Assembly: GCA_048128005.1 (NCBI GenBank)
Contig: JBEUKZ010000023.1
Location: forward strand, 62,001-126,000
From: Veleropilina oligotropha
Taxonomy: Eukaryota
Length of the DNA: 64,000 bases
Direction of reading: 5' to 3'
Shown here one piece after another: positions 53,888 to 62,830 of this stretch; the stretch's first letter is position 1; every line of letters begins with the position of its first letter. A model generated the notes under the pieces. The model saw nothing but the letters and a program-made list of their open reading frames with translations, was not told the DNA's origin and ran no database searches. The translations under genes and the position numbers were made by a program.

Positions 53888-56800
53888 ATGGCGACTATGG
53901 ATGACTATATAGACCAACTGCTCGCAGAAATGCAAGCATCTGAAACTCTCCGGGATGTGGTTCAGAACATTATAGATGAACCTATCCCAGAAGAAGTGAA
54001 AGAGCGCTTGTTGAAGCCTCTGGTTCCACGCGCTGCGATTAAAACCCCTCCACAGCGCCAGCACCAAACGGAGAGAAAACGGAAGGCCGTTGTTGAGGAA
54101 TTTGACCCAATTCCCCTCTCCAAAACGCCCCGGACAGCCCAGGACTACCAGAAGGATCTTCTAGGGCTGTTTACCACAACAGAGGGGCAACAATTCATCG
54201 ACCTGGATGACCAGGCCCCTCCCCCAGTAAGGCTCCCAGCAAAAGAGCCATGGGTGGAACTCTTGAACGACGCCAAAGACGAGTTTGAGGTCGATGGCGC
54301 CGCGGCGGCCTTCTCCACATGGAGGGTAGAGAACATCGGCGACATTAAGATCGCACACGGCATCGAAGCGAGGGCTGGCCGGCTGGCCCTGGATGCCCAT
54401 ATGACAGATGCGAGGGCGGTACAGCTCCTCACAGCCCGTCCAAAGGGCGAGTTTGTCCTGAGAATCAAGTTCTTGCGAGAGTGGCATGCAGGCGACTGGG
54501 TGATCGAAGACAAGTTTGACCCGGTGAAAGCTGCGAGAAAGAAGGGACAGGGTGTCGTTGAGATATCCCACGACACTAAGCCAGGTGCTATAACTGGGGT
54601 CGACAAAGTCTACTACGAGAACGCCTACCCGGTCACTGCAGTCGTCTACGGCCTCTACCCTCTCAGAGAACCAAACCCCACCACCTGGTTCCAATGAAGA
54701 ACGGCGATCTCAACTGCGTTGCCCAGAGAGTGGTTGAGCACTTCGAAGGTGCCATGAGAGGAAACGGACTAACCCCAACAAGGCGGCAGTAAATACAGGA
54801 GTGGGAAGAGCGAGTTCATGAAACGGGAGCTACAGTCGACGATGTGGCTGACCTTGAGATGATCCTCAAACGGGCGATTATCTTGAGAGACATTGCTGGC
54901 GAGGACATCTACAACAGTGGGAAGTACCAGGGCTGGCATAGACCAGTAGAACTCATCTGTCACAACGGCCACGCCTGGCCCAAGGACCTTCATTTCCCGC
55001 AGTCCCGCGCGGTCCACCTGTATGAGGGCGATGTCTGGGAAGCTATCCGACAAACCACACATAATGAGCCATTAGCTGTCTGGCTCCTTGGCGGTAAAGA
55101 CCGACAGCTCAACGTGGACCAGTTCGTGCTGCAAGACGGCCGCACGTACAGGACGAAAGAGGCTCACACCGCTCTTCATGAAGCCTGTAAGGTTCTGGGG
55201 AATGAGTCTCTTGCCGATCGAGCCTTTGGCGAGAACCATGCAGCTAGCATTATGGCCAAAGAGAACAACGACTGGAAACCTACCCCAGCCAGCCTGCTCG
55301 ATGACATCCAGAAGGCCTGCGTAGAGCATGGTCATGGTGGCCTTTGGAATTCCATGAGCTATGATACGAGAGATATCGTCTGCCTCGATATGAAATCCTG
55401 CTACCCTGCCAGCTTTCAGGGGAAGGGCGAGGCTAAGCCATATTTCGAAAGATTCGGACACCCAACCCACAGCATGACTCGGGTCGCAATTAACGGTCCT
55501 CTTCCCCAAGAAATCGGTACTGGCTTTGCCGAGGTCGTGGAATGGGAGTTTGCACAAGAAATCCACCCCACCATTCCCGCCTGGTTTGGAAAGCACTTTG
55601 CAGAGAATAGCTGGGCACCAACCCCGCTGCTCGCCTTCCTCATATAATCTGGACTGCTATAAAGCCTCAGGATCCGAGAAGCCATCATCGCAGGCAAAAA
55701 GCAAACCGATGTCTGGCTTCCTGAGAATCGTGACCAGGGCTGCAGCATCATCGGCAAATTTACTCAGGGCAGCAAAGCTGATGGCAAAAGATTGACACGA
55801 AGGCTTGTGATTGACCAGGGAGAGCTTGACTTCCTGGTAAGAGACACCCGCCAAAGCGGTACCCTGGTCGGCGCACCTCAAAGGTGCCCTATGGGGCACA
55901 TCCTCACGTACTATGATGGCTCGCAGCCACAGTACACCCACCTGAGGGCATCGATGCTGGCATATGCCCATATCAACCTCCTATCAATGCTTCAGCGTTT
56001 CGACCCTGAGGAGGCTGTCCGGGTAGCCACTGACAGCATCTACCTCAAGAAGGCCTCGTTGGAGAAGCTCGACGATGTCAAGGCGTACGTTGCCCCCCAA
56101 CTCTGCGACTGTGGCGAGAAATCGTGCATCTCCTGTCTGATCGGGGAGACGTACCTTCCGCCAGTAGCACCGGCCCAGTGGCGTGACAAGGGCGAACAGC
56201 TGTATATGCCACAGGAACATGCCGCATACCTGCCCAAGCCAGAGTATTGTTGTGCCGCAAAGGACGTGCTTGCGCAGCCAAGCACCGCGCCATGCTACAA
56301 TGACACACTGACCCACCATCGCGTGAGTTACCTCAACGGTGGAGGGGGCTGTGGCAAGACTACGAGAGCGATCGAGATCTTTCGGGCAAGAAATCCCATT
56401 GTGTTCACGCCAACCCACCGCCTCGCTAAAGAAATGCGGACCAGGGGTGTCAAAGCCCAGACCTACCACAGCTTCTTCCGATGGAGCGGCCAGAACGACT
56501 GGACACCCGACCGCATGGGTCAGAGGTTCATCCCCCGCGTCATTATCTGGGACGAGGTCTGTACTGTTTCCAGGCCTATTCTAGAGATGTTCTTGGACTG
56601 GATGGGCCAACACGAAGTTCAGGTTATCTGCTGTGGGGACCAGGGCCAGCCGCCACCGATTACGGCGGAGATGCCGCACGATTGGCTGCGAAAGACCGCG
56701 GACTACTATGAAGAGGTCGAAGTAGACCACAGGGCGAAAAAAGACCCTGCCCTCCAAGCCCTGAAAAGACATATCCGTCTCCAGCCCGACAAAGTCCAGT

Positions 56801-57607
56801 GCCAGGAAATTCGTAAGACTCTCCCCAGCTGCCTTGGATGGGACCGGTTTGTCAAAGCCTGGAAGCCAGGTGACCTAATCCTCATCAGCCGTCAGAAGGT
56901 CCGCGAACGGGGTCAAGAGTTGTTGCTCCAGAGGCACAAGGACAATTTCCCAGATTCCCAGGTGCCTATCCTTTATCACCCCAAGGACAGCAGAAAGCAG
57001 AATATTGCTGTAGCCATGCCTGGCACAGCGCGCAGCGAACAGCTAGTTCTCAACGACGTCATAGAGGTCACTTTTGAGGCCGCTGAGAGGGCTATTCTGA
57101 CCCCGTATTGATGCCTGGGCTATGCTCTCACCATCCATTCGAGCCAGGGTCTTACCATTCACGACCAACAGAAAGTCTGGATCATCGACGACTACCTTCA
57201 GTGGAGTAATCTCGCCTACCTAGCCGTGTCCCGGGTGGAGTATCTGCGTCAGCTCGAACGGGTAACCTGTCCTCCGGATGAGGGTTCTGAGGACAGCCCC
57301 CCCCCAAACTGAGCAGCAGCTCCGAAAAACCATCCAGAGGAAGCTCGTGGCATACATGCGCCAGGACCAGGCAAAGGGACTCCAGGGATTTAACCTCAAG
57401 GTCGAGGACATCCTGAAGCTCAAAGAAGCCCAAAACAGCCAATGCGCAGCATGCAACATAGAGCTGCTCTGGGCATATGCCCCGAAAGACACACAGCAGT
57501 TCAGTGTCGACCGTGTGGACAACAGCAGGGGCCACATCCGCGACAACGTGCGCTTAACGTGCCTGGAATGTAACCGAAAAAGAGGGGCTGCTGCTGCTAA
57601 CTCTTGA
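53888..57607 (+). pseudogene. Replication polyprotein: N-terminal (terminal-protein-like?) region, OTU-like protease, PolB core, SF1 helicase, HNH; broken by 4 stops and 2 probable frameshifts
   Basis: GDLNCV...HNGHAW; CLDMKSCYP, SIIGKF, VATDSIY; NGGGGCGKT, IIWDE, CGDQGQPPP, YALTIHSSQGLT, LAYLAVSRV; CAAC...SVDRVDNSRGHIRDNVRLTCLECN. Confidence 0.8.
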
Positions 57608-58655
57608 GAACTCCAACCGGCGGCAGCTGGGTGTCACGAGGCACCACGAGCAGTTCCTCACGAACAAACCCACGCGGTGGTCCATCAAGCAAGTAGTAGA
57701 GCACAGGCTCGTCAGGTTTAGTGATGGAGCGTCCAAGCCGGTGAACTGTCAAAGACCACACCGGGTCAGTCGCTCGCCGGCGACCACCCTCCAACTCACT
57801 GGGTTGGTATAGGTGTCGAACATCTACGTCAGAGGGGAGTTTCTGTTCCTTGACGCCATACCCCTGTCGGCCTGGAACAGTGGAAGAGGGCTTTGGTGCA
57901 ACGCGAGGTGCCTTGATGGCGTCCTTGGGCTTTTTACCGGTGAGGCGGGTCACTTCCCCATTCAAGGCCGCAACAACGGCGGGCAGCCTGGCCACCCACT
58001 CAGTCGACCTTTGACCCTCTTTCGCAGACCCTGCAAAATGCATCTCTTTTGCATACTGGTGCCCGAAGAGCCGCTCAGCGAGCGTCCGGTTGAAGCGCTC
58101 CACGATCCCTTGATCGCGATGGATATCCACACGGCCACGCCTAACCTCGACGCTATATGTAGCCAGCAGCTGGGAAACCGCGCTCATAAACTCCCTCCCT
58201 GGGTCGACTTGAAGCAGTTTCGGCCAGCTAAGAGGACTCCGCCTGTAGATTCGAGCCAGAGCTTCAGCAACCCCTTTGGCCTCTTTTGTGGCCAGAGGCC
58301 CAGCCTCTTTGTAGCGTGAGGCCACGTCGACAACCGTAAGCGCATACTTGTAGCTCCGTTGCTTTCGTGCCACTTTGTCATGGGGCAGAAACAGGAGGTC
58401 GGCTTGGTGAACCTCGTTCGGCATTACGACGTCGAATTTTGGTCTTGGAATGTGCCGTGGCGCAGGTAAATAGATTTGCCAGATGGCCTGCTTCTTCAGC
58501 CAATCCCGGGCCACGTCTTCAGAGACATCTACTGCGGCCGAGAGATGTTTTATCGCGGCGATCCCTTTCCAGTAGCCGCGGGGGCTATAGTGGATATTCG
58601 CAAGCTTCCGGTCCATTCCGCGCCATCGAGTTCTTTTGCCGGTCTTCTCTGCCAT
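57597..58655 (-). CDS. Retroviral-like (rve, DDE) integrase
   Basis: HQADLLFL...LTVVDVASRY, LQVDPGREF, QGIVERFNRTL; intact 352-aa ORF. Confidence 0.93.
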   Translation of the reverse strand: MAEKTGKRTRWRGMDRKLANIHYSPRGYWKGIAAIKHLSAAVDVSEDVARDWLKKQAIWQIYLPAPRHIPRPKFDVVMPNEVHQADLLFLPHDKVARKQRSYKYALTVVDVASRYKEAGPLATKEAKGVAEALARIYRRSPLSWPKLLQVDPGREFMSAVSQLLATYSVEVRRGRVDIHRDQGIVERFNRTLAERLFGHQYAKEMHFAGSAKEGQRSTEWVARLPAVVAALNGEVTRLTGKKPKDAIKAPRVAPKPSSTVPGRQGYGVKEQKLPSDVDVRHLYQPSELEGGRRRATDPVWSLTVHRLGRSITKPDEPVLYYLLDGPPRGFVREELLVVPRDTQLPPVGVLKS

Positions 58656-58944
58656 CGAGACTTGCGAGGTATTCCAGCAACTTGATCAGTCTCCAACAGG
58701 CTTCAGCGACCAGCTCCGGAAGCTGCCCAGTCGTCGCCCGTATGTTGGTCGGGCCCGAGAGCACCATGACCGTGAACCGCACCGTCTTTTCGTTGCGCCG
58801 CCAGCAGTCGAGTGACATTTCGACCACTGTAGTACCAAGGGGGCCGGGGATTTTGTGCCTTCGAGCGGCATAGCCCACCTCTAGCATGGCAAAGTACAGC
58901 TCTTCTGGGAGCCCCATTATATATGCACACGAAAAAATGTCCAA
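58585..58944 (-). CDS. Hypothetical protein of the Polinton-like element
   Basis: 119-aa ORF filling the gap in a co-oriented gene run. Confidence 0.4.
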   Translation of the reverse strand: MDIFSCAYIMGLPEELYFAMLEVGYAARRHKIPGPLGTTVVEMSLDCWRRNEKTVRFTVMVLSGPTNIRATTGQLPELVAEACWRLIKLLEYLASLDGREDRQKNSMARNGPEACEYPL

Positions 58945-58959
58945 ACAGGGACATGGAAC

Positions 58960-59409
58960 TTAGGGTAGGAGCTTGTAGGCTAACAACCCGGTCACAGCCA
59001 TCCCCAGGATGACGAAGGTGATCTCTCGTTCCTTTTGGTCGCCGCTCGGCGTGTAGTAGTCAGACAGCTGGGGCTCAGGGCCACCCCCCAGGGCGGGGTC
59101 AAGGTTCTTGCCGGTGATCAATGCATACTCACGGATCGCGGCGTCAACATCCCGGAATGTGTGAACGGCATGACCCTGGCGGCGAAGTTCAACGTTAAGC
59201 CAATCGAGACGCTCTGCCCTCTTTTGGGACCATTTAGTCTGAGCGGCCTGGAGTTGCTCTACGGCTTTGTCGTGGCGTTTACGCTCCTCATCAACACCTG
59301 AGCTGCGTAGCTTCGAGAACAGGAAGTTTGACCCGCTGAAGGCAAGGGCGTTGACAAGAGCGCCCCAAACCAGCATCGCTATGGATGCCATTGTCGTGCG
59401 GTACAGCAC
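58960..59409 (-). CDS. Hypothetical membrane protein (hydrophobic ends, central coiled coil)
   Basis: LVWGALVNALAF...EERKRHDKAVEQLQAAQ...ITFVILGMAVTGLLAYKLL. Confidence 0.65.
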   Translation of the reverse strand: MLYRTTMASIAMLVWGALVNALAFSGSNFLFSKLRSSGVDEERKRHDKAVEQLQAAQTKWSQKRAERLDWLNVELRRQGHAVHTFRDVDAAIREYALITGKNLDPALGGGPEPQLSDYYTPSGDQKEREITFVILGMAVTGLLAYKLLP

Positions 59410-59416
59410 TACAGCA

Positions 59417-59674
59417 CTACTTCAATATGTCGGCTGGAATGATGCCTTGCTTGATCAGCATATCCTTCGTCGCCATGGCGAGCGCTACATCGAGGACCAC
59501 CATCCCAACATCATAACCAGTGAAGTCCAGTTTGGGGCTTACCCCCTTGAAGGCCATCTTTACCAGGCGTGAGTAGCCAATGGCAAGGCCAGACACTATG
59601 GCCGAATGATAGACGGCATTGCCGAGCATCTTTCCATCTGTAATTGGGGTAGTCATGGTGTTGCCACAGAACAA
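59417..59674 (-). CDS. Small hydrophobic hypothetical protein
   Basis: Two hydrophobic segments; abuts its neighbours. Confidence 0.6.
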   Translation of the reverse strand: MFCGNTMTTPITDGKMLGNAVYHSAIVSGLAIGYSRLVKMAFKGVSPKLDFTGYDVGMVVLDVALAMATKDMLIKQGIIPADILK

Positions 59675-59701
59675 GTTTTGCAGCTATGGAACTGCTTCGA
59701 C

Positions 59702-60196
59702 CTATCGCATATGAAAAGGGTTGTGCTTAGTCTCCAATTCGATGGTGGGGGCGGGAGCCGGCTGCCTGGCGTCCGCGACTGGTGGCTGTTGGTGTGGTGT
59801 GGATGAACCACTGCCGCGTTTCCAGACAACAAATAGCAGCGCAACCCCGCCCGCAGCGAAGAGTCCATGGGTCCAATTAACTGGGTCCGATTTCCGTGTA
59901 TCTGACTGTACTGCGCCCGCGCGAAAGTCGTTTTCTTCCGCGGTCACCTCGGCCGGGGTATTACCACTGTGTGGCTGTGCCTCCGGCAGTTCCGAAGCAA
60001 CAGCAACTGTGCTGACATTCTGTCGGGTGCCGTCCTTAAGTTTTCTAACCTCGGCAAGTAGCCTCTCATGTTTGGCTTTCCGAGCAGCAGCACCGGCCCG
60101 ACCTGCAGCCACCTTTTTAGGGTCCTTCCCCGCAGAAGAAGTCACCCTCTCTATCGGCTGGCTCGCTATAATTTGGTCCATTTCCAGCGTTGTCAT
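59702..60196 (-). CDS. Hypothetical protein with basic N-terminal helix and one TM segment
   Basis: KDPKKVAAGRAGAAARKAK...GLFAAGGVALLFVVWKR. Confidence 0.6.
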   Translation of the reverse strand: MTTLEMDQIIASQPIERVTSSAGKDPKKVAAGRAGAAARKAKHERLLAEVRKLKDGTRQNVSTVAVASELPEAQPHSGNTPAEVTAEENDFRAGAVQSDTRKSDPVNWTHGLFAAGGVALLFVVWKRGSGSSTPHQQPPVADARQPAPAPTIELETKHNPFHMR

Positions 60197-60836
60197 CTTG
60201 ATCTCTCTCTATCTTGGGTGGGCAAACATGTCCAAATCGGCAGTGTTTAGCCGTGGTCAATGCTGCGGTCAGCGGTGCTAGATACATGCCGTATTTGTGA
60301 TACAACTCGCAGCTTGCAGTGCACAGCGCATGTGAGATGAAAGGGTCGGCCTCCAGGTCGGCGATCAATCGTAGTTGGTTTTCTGGTGAAATGGGCAAGA
60401 ATGTCCCCGCTGCACCCGCATAGAGATGAATAGCTGCAGTTCCCAGGGTTTTCGTCATTTCGGCACCGAGCTTCGCTTCGTACCGAGCGTGGTGTTTATC
60501 AACCTCTCCGTCGGTCATAGCATCGATTCGGTCAACCGTGAGGTTGCTCCCCAAGTATTTGCTAGCCTGTCCTCCAATGGCTAATGCTGCAAGCCTCTCC
60601 CGCTTTTTTGCTATGCCACTTTCAGGTTCCTCGCCATCGGTCGTCGAGCGGTTTCCGCCGACGGTCGTTTCTTGTTTGTCATCCATGAGTTGATCGATAA
60701 GGCTGTCCATCCTTAAGCGTTTCCAGCATCTCCTCGCCGGTCTAACATAACCGTACAGCCAGTACCACAATGTTACGAGTAACAGCAACATAAGGCTCTG
60801 GCTGCAAGCAAAAGCTATATATACAGCTTCCGACAT
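60117..60836 (-). CDS. Hypothetical protein (true start may be Met at 60710)
   Basis: 239-aa ORF in the co-oriented cluster; N-terminal hydrophobic segment. Confidence 0.55.
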   Translation of the reverse strand: MSEAVYIAFACSQSLMLLLLVTLWYWLYGYVRPARRCWKRLRMDSLIDQLMDDKQETTVGGNRSTTDGEEPESGIAKKRERLAALAIGGQASKYLGSNLTVDRIDAMTDGEVDKHHARYEAKLGAEMTKTLGTAAIHLYAGAAGTFLPISPENQLRLIADLEADPFISHALCTASCELYHKYGMYLAPLTAALTTAKHCRFGHVCPPKIERDQDDNAGNGPNYSEPADREGDFFCGEGP

Positions 60837-60957
60837 GCGCTAGGTAGATGCGCTTGCTAAGTAGATGCTACAGCACACTATAAGCAACGGGTTGATCAGT
60901 TTTTAACAGAAGCTTGGCGTATCTGGCTTCTGCCAAACGCCGGCGCACCGCGGTTCT

Positions 60958-61500
60958 CTAATCTCGCGCCGTGATTACATTGTTCTCGCGAAGACAGTCT
61001 TCAAAACTATCGCGGTCCTTGCAGTGAAACAGCGCGACCCAGCGGGTCTGCTCTCTGAGTTCCTTCAAGACCGAGTTGTATTTTTGCGTCACCACCCATA
61101 CACTCTGTTCGGCATGCCTTCCGCTAAAGGCCAACTCAGTCAGCATATCCCTTCTCTTGGCTAGGGCCTTGCTGGCGGCGCAGTCATCGATGATGTATAG
61201 GGTTGATTCCCCCTGGAACAGCCGGTAGAACCCCCGCAACCAATCATGAAGTCGCTCACCGGGGGGGATTATACACACCTCCGGGTCAGTCCAGATCCAC
61301 GGACAGGACTGGTATGCTTTGTTGTACTCGATCGTGGGGCAGAGAATTACAATGTGCCGGAACACACCTCGATACTCTGCTTTCAGCAGTTCAAGCATAA
61401 ACACCGTCTTCCCACAACCAGTCTGGCCACATATGATTGCGGAGTGGGGGTCCTTGGTGTGCGGAAACCGTTCAGTACAATGCTGCGACAAAGCGTCCAT
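60958..61500 (-). CDS. A32-like (FtsK/HerA superfamily) genome packaging ATPase; C-terminus probably frameshifted to ~60870
   Basis: Walker A GQTGCGKT, Walker B YIIDD, Arg finger SGRH, WVVTQKY. Confidence 0.9.
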   Translation of the reverse strand: MDALSQHCTERFPHTKDPHSAIICGQTGCGKTVFMLELLKAEYRGVFRHIVILCPTIEYNKAYQSCPWIWTDPEVCIIPPGERLHDWLRGFYRLFQGESTLYIIDDCAASKALAKRRDMLTELAFSGRHAEQSVWVVTQKYNSVLKELREQTRWVALFHCKDRDSFEDCLRENNVITARD

Positions 61501-62776
61501 TCTCGATGTTCAGCTGTGCATCCATAATCACGTACAGGTAAACATTCAATGGGCCGGCTGTTTCGCCTGTCTTGGTGATCTGGATTGTGATACCCTCGCT
61601 GGCGTTCTCTACCCTCCGGCCTGACCCATGCAGCTGATCGTCGTCGGTTACCCGCATGCCGATCCAGAGTGCATACTTTTTGGTCAAGAATTCACCCAGG
61701 GTGACATCTGCCAGACCCAACTCCTTTGCAACCAACGCCACCTCAGGATGCCGCTTGCTGATCGGGTTGGAGGCGAACAGTTTTTTGGCTTCTTCTCACA
61801 CCTGGTATGAGCGCATGCCCTGGCTGTAGAGTTGATTCGGTACACCCTCAATGGTGACCTCGACCTTTGTGATCTTCGGATTGTAGAAGGCCTCGGTGTC
61901 GCGAGCAAATGGTGCTGCGTCTCTCGCGGGGTCCTCAAACAGCAGTAGGATACCTTTCATCGACCTCGCCGGTACATTCAGGTTAAGATTCCACAACGTG
62001 TCGCTCTTGTCTCTGGTGAGCTTACGATGCCGGAGCACACGGTCGTAGAGGATGGCGATGCGGCCCGAGTACTGGTTGCGTATCAATCTGGCCAGTTCTG
62101 CCTGGGTGACCATGTCATATTCCAGGCTAATATTCTCGATGCTATAGCTGGCACTGGGGTCATCCGTGTCCTTGATAGTCCTTGAATAGTCATTGAACGT
62201 TAGTTCGTACTCGAGCCTGTCCCCCAACGCGCTCTGGTAGAATGGCATGTGGCTTTCCAGCAACTCGAAGTCCAGCGGGATGCGAAATCTATTACCATAA
62301 GCGTCCGATATTGCCACATGCTGAGTCTCTCTGAAGGCGTTCGCCGCACCAACACGCAGTCTGGTAACATTTGTTGACTCGCTGGTATCAATCCCTTGGT
62401 ATTGGGCATTCTTGCGTTCCTGGGGTGTCTTCCAGAGATGGTTATAGCATTGATACACGTCGGAGTCGTCGATAGACATGATCTCGTTTCCACTAATCTT
62501 GATCGTGGTCTTCTTGATCACGGCACGACCAAGGTTCTGAACTACGGTTCTATTCGGGTTCGACGAGTTCAGAGAGATTGTAAATGCCAAGTGGGCAGTC
62601 CCTGGAACGATAACGTCATGAGCCCCGAGATTAGGGAACCTAACCAACAGCTGCTGGTTGGCGGCAATAGTTGATGGGTTGTTGGTTATGGTAACCGACT
62701 GGCGAATACCCTTGACCCCAAGGGGCTCTCGCAGTCTGCGGTATGGATCAAGCTTGCGTCCGTATAGGCTGGCCAT
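61472..62776 (-). pseudogene. Probable double jelly-roll major capsid protein, one internal stop at 61796-61798
   Basis: ORFs 61796..62776 and 61472..61741 share a frame (~434 aa), alternate beta-strand-like segments and directly precede the packaging ATPase; fold inferred, not computed. Confidence 0.7.
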
Positions 62777-62830
62777 GTTGTTGTTAACAGTATGAACGTA
62801 TTAGATGCATATCCAAGCGGTTGTATTCAA

